A stretch of 64,000 nt of DNA. It comes from an uncultured delta proteobacterium. Its GTDB lineage: Bacteria > Myxococcota_A > Polyangia > Polyangiales > Polyangiaceae. Under the pieces are notes generated by a model, which worked only from the letters and a program-made list of their open reading frames with translations, had not been told where the DNA came from and searched no databases. The translations under genes were made by a program, and so were the position numbers. Location of the stretch: contig CAVQUB010000003.1 of the NCBI GenBank assembly GCA_963716725.1, positions 224,001-288,000 of the forward strand. The letters run 5' to 3'. Positions within the stretch are counted from its first letter, which is position 1. Each line of letters opens with the position of its first letter. Positions 48,425-57,315 of the stretch are shown here, in pieces.

Positions 48425-49681
48425 ATGTCACAGCGCATCGCCATCATCGGTGGAGGCATCGCGGGGCTGACCACCGCGTATCTGCTCGCGCGTCGCCACG
48501 AAATCACGCTCTTCGAGAAGACCGGCCGAGTGGGCGGCAACGCCTACACGCACACCACGCGTGACGGCCACCAGGTCGACATCGCAGTGGCGGCCTTCGG
48601 TCGCGCCGGCTACCCGAATTTCTATCGGCTCATCGACGAGCTCGGCGTGCGCGCGCAGCGTTCCCCCGGCGCGTTCATGAGCCTGAAGAACCTCGACAGC
48701 GGCGAGGGGCTCTACATCACGCCGTGGAGCGCCCGAGGACTTTGGACTCAGAAGTTCGATCTGCTTCGCCCGCACCACCTCAAGGCGCTCTACGGTCTCT
48801 ACCGTGGGCTCGGCGCGCTACGCGGGCTGCTTCGCGACGGCAAGATCGGCAAGCTGACCCTGGCTGAGGCGATGGAACTTACCCCGGCCATCCGCGGCGA
48901 CGGGCGGCGGGTGCTGCTCTCTGCGCTCTGCCTCATGTCGTCGATGAGTGGGGACGACGTGCTGGCGGCGCCGGCGGAGTTCTTCGTGCGCAAGCTCGAC
49001 GTGCACAACGACGTGGTCTCACCGCGCGCGCCCTACTCGGTGCAGTGCATGGCCAACCGCACCGTGAGCTACGTGGACGCGCTCACTCGTCGCTTTCAGG
49101 ATCGCATGGTGCTGAGCGCGGATTTGCGACGCGTGCTCCGTGACGAGCGGAGCGTCACGCTGATCGACGGGGCCGGCGAGCGGCGCGAGTTCGACCAGGT
49201 GGTGTTCGCGTGTCCAGCGGACGAGGCCCTGCGGCTGCTCGATGCGCCGAGCGACGATGAGCGCGCCCTGCTCGGGGCCTGGCGGTATCGCGGAGGCCGC
49301 GTGGTTCTCCACCGCGATCACTCGGCGTTTCCCCCGAAGGAACTGATCCAGGCCTTCACCTTCCTCTACCGAGAGTCGGGGTCGCGCTTCGAGACCTCGG
49401 TCTCCGGCGCGCTCTGGCGCCAGCCGGGTGTCTCGCCCGACTGTCCCTATTTGAGCTCGCAGCACGCCAACTTTCCCATCGCGGTCGACCTCATCGAGCT
49501 GGACACCGTCCTGTACACGCCGATCTTCGACTTCGCTTCCTTCGCGACTCAGGCGCGGTTGCCGGATCTCAACGGCCGCCAGCGCACGTACTACTGCGGC
49601 AGCCACTTCGGTCACGGCCTGCACGAGGACGCCGTGACCTCGGCGATCAACGTGGCGCGCAAACTGGGCGCGACCTGGTAA
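48425..49681 (+). CDS. FAD-dependent oxidoreductase (amine oxidase-like)
   Basis: IAIIGGGIAGL, FEKTGRVGGNA, YPNF, YYCGSHFGHGLHEDAVTSA. Confidence 0.92.
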   Translation: MSQRIAIIGGGIAGLTTAYLLARRHEITLFEKTGRVGGNAYTHTTRDGHQVDIAVAAFGRAGYPNFYRLIDELGVRAQRSPGAFMSLKNLDSGEGLYITPWSARGLWTQKFDLLRPHHLKALYGLYRGLGALRGLLRDGKIGKLTLAEAMELTPAIRGDGRRVLLSALCLMSSMSGDDVLAAPAEFFVRKLDVHNDVVSPRAPYSVQCMANRTVSYVDALTRRFQDRMVLSADLRRVLRDERSVTLIDGAGERREFDQVVFACPADEALRLLDAPSDDERALLGAWRYRGGRVVLHRDHSAFPPKELIQAFTFLYRESGSRFETSVSGALWRQPGVSPDCPYLSSQHANFPIAVDLIELDTVLYTPIFDFASFATQARLPDLNGRQRTYYCGSHFGHGLHEDAVTSAINVARKLGATW

Positions 49682-49685
49682 ACCC

Positions 49686-50375
49686 TCAGCTCGTTCGAGA
49701 CCCGGGCGCGCTTCTCAGCGCGGCGGCGTCCATCGGAGCGCTGGGAGACGGCGTGCCTGGCAGCAGGTTGGACCCGTCGACCTCTGACCAGCGGCCACGC
49801 TGGAGGGCTTGGGCGGCGCTCTCGATCATCGAGAGGAAAGCGCGAAACCGCGCCGATCCTTCCCAAGGTCGATCGCGTGACTCGCGATCGAGAACATCCG
49901 TGAGCACGACCGCGGCCGTACCAAAGTGCGCTTTGAGCTCGGTCTGAGTGTAGAGCCCATTGAGCAGCACCGTGGTGTAGCCCACCTTCGTGCACAGCGG
50001 CATGCAGTGCGCGTCCAAGCTGCCGTCTCCCGAAGAGACCAAATGGTACGCCTGAGTCGACAGCGTGAACTCGGGGATCGGCGAGCTCCTCCTCGCCATC
50101 ACCATCATCACCGCGCCGAGGATGACGAGCACCCCGATCGCGGGGAGCGCAATCGCGACCCAGTCCACCCCGCTCGAGCTCAACCGTGAGATGCCCGCGA
50201 CGATCGCGATCAGGCCCCCGATGCCCAGAATTGCGACACAGCCCAGCTGGTCGCTCTTCAACCCCGACTTTGCGGCCCCGGCCGCGTTGGCGCGGGCCCG
50301 GATCCGCTCGACGTACTCGGGTGGCAGCGACCGTGAATCCACGGAGCGGTGAGCTGGAACAGTGTCGTCGACCAT
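49686..50375 (-). CDS. Hypothetical two-TM membrane protein
   Basis: Two hydrophobic helices followed by a soluble domain. Confidence 0.65.
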   Translation of the reverse strand: MVDDTVPAHRSVDSRSLPPEYVERIRARANAAGAAKSGLKSDQLGCVAILGIGGLIAIVAGISRLSSSGVDWVAIALPAIGVLVILGAVMMVMARRSSPIPEFTLSTQAYHLVSSGDGSLDAHCMPLCTKVGYTTVLLNGLYTQTELKAHFGTAAVVLTDVLDRESRDRPWEGSARFRAFLSMIESAAQALQRGRWSEVDGSNLLPGTPSPSAPMDAAALRSAPGSRTS

Positions 50376-50440
50376 GGCGCCGAGGCGGAGCGTATCAGAC
50401 GGACCTGGACGTATGTGCGCGCACACGCGATCATCGCCGG

Positions 50441-51970
50441 ATGACACCGGGGGAGCGCCGCCGCGGCCTGAGCGTCGCGCTCGTGGCGTTGACCGCCGCC
50501 TGCGGGGCACAACCCACGGCTCCGAGGGCCGTGGCGAGGCCGGCAACGCTCGAAGCTCCCGTCGCGTCGTCACGCCCGACCCCGCCGCAGCCGAATCCGA
50601 CGTGTGCGCCGCTGGGAGCCCGCGCGATCTCAACGGACGGCGCGCTGATGGCCGTGGTGGACGGCCCCGACTTGGTCGTCTGGGAGACTGCAAGCTGGCG
50701 CGCACGGCTTCGCATCCCTCTGCGCGGAATGAAGGTGGAGACCCTGCGCTTCGATCCCAAGAGCCGCTACGTCGCCGTCGCGGCGGATGAGCGCGATCCT
50801 CGGGCACAGAGCACCCTGATCCGCCTCAGCGACGGGAACATCGTCGCCAATTGGCCAAGCACGTTCGAGACCGAAACGACCTTTTCGCCGGACGGAAAGC
50901 ATGCGTTTGTCATCGCGCGCGACGATTCCGCAGGAGATGCCGACGGGCAGGTCGTCGCCGAGCTGTGGACGCTAGACCCACCCGCGCGACGCTCGACCTA
51001 CCCGCTGGCGGAGTACGACGGCATGACGGGTCCCGATTTCAGCCCTGATGGCAAGCACGTCGCGGTCGGTCGGGCAGAGCTGGTCGTGTTCGAGTTCGGC
51101 GCAAAGGCGCCGGTCGGCACGTTTCCGTTTCAATCGGGCGGACCCGTAGTGTTCTCGGCCGACGGCGCCAAGCTCGTGTACAGGGAAGAGCAAGCCGCAC
51201 GTCTCGTTGACGTTCCGAGCCGCCGCGGGCGCGTCGTCAAGGACCGCCATTGCGAAGGCCACGGCTTGGCGATCAGCCCGGACGGCAAGCAGTTTGCGAT
51301 GGGAGGCGGCTTCGGTCTCGTTTGTTTGTTCGACACCGCGTCGGGTCGCCTGCTGCGCACGCTCCCAAGCAGGCGACCCACCAAACGGGCTGAAGAGGAC
51401 AGTGCGCTTTGGGAGCCCATTCTGTTCAGCGCCGACGGACAAACGCTGGTCGTAGCGGAGCAAGTCGCCTACCTGGTCTTCGACACCAAGCTGGGACGCG
51501 AGCTCCCACCGCCGATCGCGGCGCGCCCGGACGACCCCGAGGCGCCAAACTTCGACTGGAACCGCGGGGACACGACCTTCGTGTCACGCAAGCGCGACGG
51601 CGCCATCTTCATCGTGCATCGGGGCGCGATCCAGGCCCGCATCGACCCGGGTGCCCGGATCCGGGCCGTCGACCTCGCAGCCGGTGAAGGCAGCGTGCTG
51701 GCCGCGAGCTCGGACGGCGAGCTCATCGTCCGGGCCAGGGGCGCTGTCGAAGTCGTGAACACGGGGACCCGCGCGCGGGTCGCGATGCTGGATGGGGCGA
51801 CACCCTCGACCGTGCTGGCGTTCGATCCCTCGGGACGCTTTGTCCTGTCCACCGGAGAGCTGGTTCGGGTCTGGGATGCCAAGACCGGCCGGCGAGTGGA
51901 CCCCTACGTGACCGCAGTGGACTGTCGGCCTAAGCCGACGCCTAAGCCCAAGCCTGCGCGGGCGCCGTGA
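50441..51970 (+). CDS. WD40-like beta-propeller lipoprotein
   Basis: Lipobox TAAC; FSPDGK/ISPDGK/FSADG repeats; VRVWDAKTG. Confidence 0.88.
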   Translation: MTPGERRRGLSVALVALTAACGAQPTAPRAVARPATLEAPVASSRPTPPQPNPTCAPLGARAISTDGALMAVVDGPDLVVWETASWRARLRIPLRGMKVETLRFDPKSRYVAVAADERDPRAQSTLIRLSDGNIVANWPSTFETETTFSPDGKHAFVIARDDSAGDADGQVVAELWTLDPPARRSTYPLAEYDGMTGPDFSPDGKHVAVGRAELVVFEFGAKAPVGTFPFQSGGPVVFSADGAKLVYREEQAARLVDVPSRRGRVVKDRHCEGHGLAISPDGKQFAMGGGFGLVCLFDTASGRLLRTLPSRRPTKRAEEDSALWEPILFSADGQTLVVAEQVAYLVFDTKLGRELPPPIAARPDDPEAPNFDWNRGDTTFVSRKRDGAIFIVHRGAIQARIDPGARIRAVDLAAGEGSVLAASSDGELIVRARGAVEVVNTGTRARVAMLDGATPSTVLAFDPSGRFVLSTGELVRVWDAKTGRRVDPYVTAVDCRPKPTPKPKPARAP

Positions 51971-52040
51971 GCACTCACGCCTTCGCCGATCCCGAGGGCG
52001 GGCTGGATCGACTCAGGTCGACGTGCGACCTTTAGGGCCG

Positions 52041-52979
52041 ATGACGCCGTCCATCGCGCGCGTGACCGCGCTCGTTCTCGCGATCGGAGTCTGGGTTTCG
52101 CCCTCGACCTCCCAGGCGTGCAGCTGTCAGCCACCAAAGCCGACCGTGCTGTTGCCTTCGGCTACGACCCTGGCCCCAGCCGCCGGACCCTGGTTGGTCC
52201 TGCACGAGGGTGATGGAGTCGGCAGCCTCCGGTCGGAGCTCGGCGATCTGGTTCCGCTCGAGTCGATGGGCAGCTTCGACGAGCTCAGCCTGTGCGGGCG
52301 GCGCTTCGAGCTCTTGCGTCCCACGACGCCGCTCGACACCGGGCTCTCCTACGAGCTGTCACTCGTCTCGGGGACCGTCGCAGATTCTCGGAAGTTCCGC
52401 GCATCGTCGCGTGAGCCCAAGCTCGTCGAGCGTGCCGTCCACCTGAAGATCGCGCACTTGGTGTTCGACGGCGAGATGAGCGAGGCGAGTTGCGCTGATC
52501 CGAAGTTCAACGGCCTTCATGCGAAAGGCTTCTTCCAAGCATCGATCGAACTCGACGCTCCTGCGCTGCTCTTCGTCGAGCTGTCCGCGGCCGACACTAC
52601 CTTCGGGCAACTCGTCGAGGGAAATGCGACGGTGGGCCAAGGGCAATCGAGCGCGGTCGCCTTGGAGGCGCGGGCGGTCGCTTCTCTCCCGCAGCTCGAC
52701 ACCACTGCGGACTGCGCGCGGCTCGTGATTCGCGACTCGCGGAACGAGGTCGTGCACGATCAGGAGTTGTGTCCGCAGCCCGGCGAGACGCTTGAATCGG
52801 ATCACACGTTGACCGTTCCGGAGCACCTGATCCGCGAGCCCGGCGAAGAACCCGAGGGCTGCGGCTGTCGCGTCGGACGTCGCGACGGCTCAGGGCTTGG
52901 CGCGGCCTGCCTGCTCGCACTGGCGGCGCTCAGGCGCTTGGCTTCGCCCGCCCGACCCAGAGCATCGCCGCGATGCTGA
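52041..52979 (+). CDS. Secreted protein with N-terminal CSC and MYXO-CTERM-type sorting signal
   Basis: SQA-CSC after signal peptide; ends EGCGCRVG...AACLLALAALRR. Confidence 0.8.
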   Translation: MTPSIARVTALVLAIGVWVSPSTSQACSCQPPKPTVLLPSATTLAPAAGPWLVLHEGDGVGSLRSELGDLVPLESMGSFDELSLCGRRFELLRPTTPLDTGLSYELSLVSGTVADSRKFRASSREPKLVERAVHLKIAHLVFDGEMSEASCADPKFNGLHAKGFFQASIELDAPALLFVELSAADTTFGQLVEGNATVGQGQSSAVALEARAVASLPQLDTTADCARLVIRDSRNEVVHDQELCPQPGETLESDHTLTVPEHLIREPGEEPEGCGCRVGRRDGSGLGAACLLALAALRRLASPARPRASPRC

Positions 52980-53418
52980 TCAGCGCGGCGCCCACCGGCC
53001 ACGCGATCCCATAGCCGCGACTGGGTGGAACCTCGGCTGCGGGTTCGGCGCGGGCTCGCCAGAATCCGCCCCGGTCATTGCGCTTGATGGCCGCGACCAC
53101 CGCCCCGATCGCGGCGCTCGACCCTGCATCGTTCTCGATCACGATGCCGAAGCTGGCGCTCCGCTCGGCGTGATTCGACCACTCGACCAAGCGCAGGCCC
53201 GCCCGCGCGTCCGTCGGCGAGCGCAGCTCGATCTCGATCTCGCGCGAACCGATGCGCACGTTCCACAGCTTCCAACCCTCCCTGACCTCCGCGCCGAGCC
53301 GATGGGGAGCGAGCAGGGCGAGCACGTCAGCCTCGCGGCCGCGCTCAATCACGGCACCCGCCTGCGCCGACGCCCAGGGGGCGAGCACGCTCGCGATCAC
53401 GAATGTCCGGCGCTTCAT
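52930..53418 (-). CDS. Small exported protein with C-terminal TM anchor
   Basis: MKRRTFV (Tat-like); ATGA overlap with upstream gene; C-terminal hydrophobic helix. Confidence 0.72.
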   Translation of the reverse strand: MKRRTFVIASVLAPWASAQAGAVIERGREADVLALLAPHRLGAEVREGWKLWNVRIGSREIEIELRSPTDARAGLRLVEWSNHAERSASFGIVIENDAGSSAAIGAVVAAIKRNDRGGFWRARAEPAAEVPPSRGYGIAWPVGAALISIAAMLWVGRAKPSA

Positions 53419-55283
53419 GGTCGGATCCGGTAGAGCGCCACGCGCGCGTCGCTGCCTACGTACGCGTGCCAGCGCATGCTCGGCCGCGCCGGCAAGATCC
53501 GCTCGGACACGAGCTCGAGCGACGCGCTGCCTTCGATGGCCGCGCACACGGGCTGGCCGTGGGGCGTCGAGCAGAGTGACGACCGGAAATAGTAGGCGGG
53601 AGCGGGGAGCGTGCCGAGATCGAAGCTCGAATCGCGATCGGAGAGGGGCGCGCGCTCGCCGGCGTAGAGCGGCAGCACGCTGATCTGAGATCCCGCGCGC
53701 TCCAGGTAGGCAACGCTTGCGTTCGGCGCAAGACCCGAGCGCAGCCCGCGAAACCAGCTGGCCTCGAGGCTGTCGGTGGCGGGTTCGGATCGGGTCAGGC
53801 CTGTGGGGATCGCGAGCAGCGCCGCTACCACCACGACCGCCGCGACCCCACGCTGCGACTGCTTCACGAAGCGAAGGCGCGTCGCGACGACGATCGCGAG
53901 GCACACGACAGCGGGCAAGAACATGCGTCGATGAGCGTCGGTCACCGCGGGGTTCGGATCGCTCATCAGATCACTCGAGCGAGCCACGAAGTACGTGATC
54001 GCCACCACGGCCACGAGCACGGCGCCGCGCCACGACCTGAGCGCGACGCCCGCGAGCGCCAGGAGCGCGAGCCCAATCCCAACCTTCCAGTCGGCGAAGA
54101 CCTCCCAACGCGGGCCCGCGCTGGGGAGCCACTTCTGACCGAGCGGCCCGCGCACTACCTCGAGCATCTGCGTTCCGCTCGCGATGAAGACGACGACGGC
54201 GATCACCAGCCCGCCGAGGAGCGTGACCCGAGCGCGCCGTTGGAACGAGCCAGGACCGAATACGAGCGGGATCGGCGCGATGATCGCCGCGGGCCACACC
54301 AGGGGATGCAGTCGCACCAGCTGCGCCAAGAGCAACGCCGCCGCGCAGACCGGGATCCAGAAGGCCGCACTCCGAGGGCGAGGCTCGGCGAGGGCGCAGG
54401 CCGCAGCCGCGAGCATCGCGAAGGACAGCGCGGTGGCAAAGTACGACTCGGACATGGCGAGGCGGCCGAGCAAGGGATCGATCGCGCAGGCGACGCCGAC
54501 CGCCGCGCCGAGCCAGGGTTCTGCACCGAGCCGACGCGCGACTAGCCACGCGGCGGGCACGACGCTCGCTGCGAGCACCGACTGCGTGAGCCAAATGCCG
54601 ATCTCGGGCCGCGTGCCGAAACTCAGGGCCGCAGCCGCGAAGATTTGGTGAAACCCCGGGCCGTAGCTGGAGAGCCCCGGATCGTCTCGCAACGCGTAGC
54701 CTACCCAAACCGGGCCCTGACCGTTCTGGTGAAAGTAGGTCCCGCCGAAGGCCCACCAGCGGAGCAAACCGGTGAAGACACCGAGCAGCACGGCCGCGAC
54801 CGCTTCTTGCGAGAGCCGCAAGCGCCGCAGCGCGACGCCGAGGGCGGCGACGGCGAACAACGAGAGCCAGGGCGGTGTGAGCTGGCGCGGCTCGCGGCGA
54901 TCGCTCCCGGCGTTGGCGCCCGTGCGATCAACCGGGAGATCGGCGTCGCGCGTCGCGCAGTGCTCGAGCGCTTTCAGCGCGGCCCGGCGCGCGTCCGATT
55001 CTTTCGACCAGTCGGCGAACTGTCCGACGGGCGAGAGCCCGATCTCGCCGGCGCTCACGAAGCTGCGTACGGCGCTGCTGCGAAGCTCGACGTCGAGGCG
55101 GGCATCCGCTGCGCGCACGACGACCACGCCCCCATCGCAGGTCACGATCTCGAGCCGCGTCCGCTCGGCACGGGCACAGCGCGCGACCCAGCTCTCGATG
55201 CCCGGGTCGCAGTGCGGCGCTGCCGCCGCCACCGACGGCGCAGCGCAGAGCACGAGCAGCAGCACGAGCAGCCCTTTCGTCAT
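53415..55283 (-). CDS. Multi-pass membrane protein, GT-C glycosyltransferase-like, with N-terminal exported domain
   Basis: GGAGG RBS; signal peptide; about 11 TMs; HQNGQG, YGPGF, DPLLGRLAMSESY, HRRMFLP. Confidence 0.65.
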   Translation of the reverse strand: MTKGLLVLLLVLCAAPSVAAAAPHCDPGIESWVARCARAERTRLEIVTCDGGVVVVRAADARLDVELRSSAVRSFVSAGEIGLSPVGQFADWSKESDARRAALKALEHCATRDADLPVDRTGANAGSDRREPRQLTPPWLSLFAVAALGVALRRLRLSQEAVAAVLLGVFTGLLRWWAFGGTYFHQNGQGPVWVGYALRDDPGLSSYGPGFHQIFAAAALSFGTRPEIGIWLTQSVLAASVVPAAWLVARRLGAEPWLGAAVGVACAIDPLLGRLAMSESYFATALSFAMLAAAACALAEPRPRSAAFWIPVCAAALLLAQLVRLHPLVWPAAIIAPIPLVFGPGSFQRRARVTLLGGLVIAVVVFIASGTQMLEVVRGPLGQKWLPSAGPRWEVFADWKVGIGLALLALAGVALRSWRGAVLVAVVAITYFVARSSDLMSDPNPAVTDAHRRMFLPAVVCLAIVVATRLRFVKQSQRGVAAVVVVAALLAIPTGLTRSEPATDSLEASWFRGLRSGLAPNASVAYLERAGSQISVLPLYAGERAPLSDRDSSFDLGTLPAPAYYFRSSLCSTPHGQPVCAAIEGSASLELVSERILPARPSMRWHAYVGSDARVALYRIRP

Positions 55284-55386
55284 CGACCTCCATTCAGCGT
55301 ATCCGGGTCCCGCAATCCATGTCGCGGATTGGCACACGCTGGGCCACTCGCGAGGCGTGAGGTCCGGTGAGAGGCTCCGCATGGCG

Positions 55387-55402
55387 TGGCACGGGCGTTG
55401 CT
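55387..55402 (+). promoter_or_regulatory. Sigma54 (-24/-12) promoter
   Basis: TGGCACG-GGCG-TTGCT, exact consensus match, intergenic and correctly oriented. Confidence 0.8.
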
Positions 55403-55414
55403 CAGTCACGGAGC

Positions 55415-56110
55415 ATGCGTGGTCTATTGGTGCTGGGCGCTCTCACGTGGACGACTCTGCTTGCGGGCTGCGGGGGCAGTTCGACGCTCGATGGGACCGG
55501 CGGCTCGGGCACCGGCGCCTCGAGCGGATCGGGCGGCAGCGCGGGCTCGACGGGTGGCAGCGCGGGCAGTGGCGGAACCGCGGGCAGCGGCGGAACCGCG
55601 GGCAGCGGCGGCTCCGCGGGCAGCGGCGGCCAGAACAGCTGCGGGCCCGAGACCAAGAAGTGCTCCGATCCGACCGAGTGCCTGCTCGTGACCCAGGACT
55701 GCTGTCTCTGCGGGATGCCCGAGCTGAAGGATTACCAGGCGGTCAACTCCAAGTACGAGGCTCAGTGCTCGTGCGGCGGCCCCATTTGCGACTGCATGTC
55801 GGGCAACAACGCCAACCTCGCGGCGACCTGCCGCAACAGCGCCTGCGAGGGCTTCGACGTGCGCAAGGTCGAGGCCTTCTCGGGCTGCACCAAGGACGAC
55901 GACTGCACCCTACGGATGGGGCTGGATTGCTGCGAGGGCTGCGGCTCGAGCGCTGCGGATCTCGTCGCGGTGGCGAAGACGGGCGGCCCCGCGCTGATGA
56001 AGGCCGTCTGCCCCGGCGGGCCCATCGGCTGCCCCGCCTGCGCGCCGCAGTACCCTGACAACAAGAAGGCCGCTTGCGTATCGAAGCACTGTCAGGTCGT
56101 CGACAAGTGA
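55415..56110 (+). CDS. Gly-linker, Cys-rich lipoprotein with two repeats
   Basis: Lipobox LAGC; two C-x4-C-x-L...DCC-x-C...AV...C repeats. Confidence 0.85.
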   Translation: MRGLLVLGALTWTTLLAGCGGSSTLDGTGGSGTGASSGSGGSAGSTGGSAGSGGTAGSGGTAGSGGSAGSGGQNSCGPETKKCSDPTECLLVTQDCCLCGMPELKDYQAVNSKYEAQCSCGGPICDCMSGNNANLAATCRNSACEGFDVRKVEAFSGCTKDDDCTLRMGLDCCEGCGSSAADLVAVAKTGGPALMKAVCPGGPIGCPACAPQYPDNKKAACVSKHCQVVDK

Positions 56111-57315
56111 CTCAGCTTTGCGGTGGGGCCCTTCGAGAGATGGGCCATGGCCTCCGCGAGCCCTTCGAGGGTCAGGTGGTGCATCGGAATCACCTCGGAG
56201 ATCGCCTTGGCGGTCCCGCCGTTCCAGTACTCGGGCGGATCCGGGTTTAACCACACGCTGCGCTCGAAGCGCTCGTGGATGAACGTGAGCCAGTCGAGCC
56301 CCGAGAGTGAGCGTTCCCCGGCCGGAGATCCCCAGGGGCCCGTGCCGAGCAGCTCCCCGGGCGCCATGGCCGCGTCGCCCACGAAGATGACCTTCCAGCG
56401 ACCGTTCAGCTGATCAACCAAGCGCGGCACCTCGATGGGATCCATCAGGCCGTCGGTAGAATATACGCGTCCGTAGACGGTGTTGTGGAAATAGTAGGTG
56501 CGGAGCTCCCGGAAGTTCGACGCCCGGCGGGCCGCGCTGAACAGCTGCGAGCAGGTGTGCGCAAAGGGGTCCATCGACCCGCCGACGTCCATCAAGAGCA
56601 GCACTCGCACGTTGCTGCGCCGCGGTGGACGCGTGACGATCTCGAGCTCTCCGCCGTTCTTGGCCGTGGCGTCGATGGTGCCTTCGAGATCGAGCTCGTC
56701 CACCGCGCCCTCGCGGGTGAACGAACGCAGCTTGCGCAGCGCGACTTCGATCTGTCGTACGTCGAGCACGAGATCGGAGCGGTAGCTGCGGTACCGGCGC
56801 GCGTCCGCCATGCTCATGGCGCTGCGACCACCGCGGCCCTGGGAGCCGGCGCGCATGCTGATGCCCGACGGGTGGTGGCCGCCGGTGCCGAAGGGGCTGG
56901 TGCCGCCGGTGCCGATCCAGCGGCTGCCGCCTTCATGGCGCTCCTTCTGCTCACGCATGCGCTGCTCGAGCAGCTCCCGCAGCTCGTCGAGGTCGAGCTC
57001 TTTCAGCGCCGCCTTCTGCTCCTCGGTCAAGCCCTCGAGGATCTTCGGATCCTTCAACCACTCTTCCAGATCCTTCAGGGCGCTCGCCGTCTCGAACACC
57101 ACGCCCTTGAAGTGAGAGAGAAAAGCTTCGTCGAACTTGTCGAGATCGCTCTCACGGTGCACGATCAGCGCCCGCGCGACGAAGTAGAAGCCGTCGAGGG
57201 AGTTCTGGTGCAGCCCCAACGACAGCGCGCGGGCCAGCTGAACGGCCTCCTGCGCGCCGACCGGCATCCGGCGTGCGCGCAGCGCGTACAAGAAGGGAAC
57301 GACAAACTCGCTCAC
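56092..57315 (-). CDS. VWA-domain CoxE-like protein
   Basis: RWIGTGGTSPFG, ELDLEGTIDATAKNGG, LLMDVGGSMDP (MIDAS), YYFHN, FVGDAAMAP, VWLNP. Confidence 0.92.
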   Translation of the reverse strand: MSEFVVPFLYALRARRMPVGAQEAVQLARALSLGLHQNSLDGFYFVARALIVHRESDLDKFDEAFLSHFKGVVFETASALKDLEEWLKDPKILEGLTEEQKAALKELDLDELRELLEQRMREQKERHEGGSRWIGTGGTSPFGTGGHHPSGISMRAGSQGRGGRSAMSMADARRYRSYRSDLVLDVRQIEVALRKLRSFTREGAVDELDLEGTIDATAKNGGELEIVTRPPRRSNVRVLLLMDVGGSMDPFAHTCSQLFSAARRASNFRELRTYYFHNTVYGRVYSTDGLMDPIEVPRLVDQLNGRWKVIFVGDAAMAPGELLGTGPWGSPAGERSLSGLDWLTFIHERFERSVWLNPDPPEYWNGGTAKAISEVIPMHHLTLEGLAEAMAHLSKGPTAKLSHLSTT

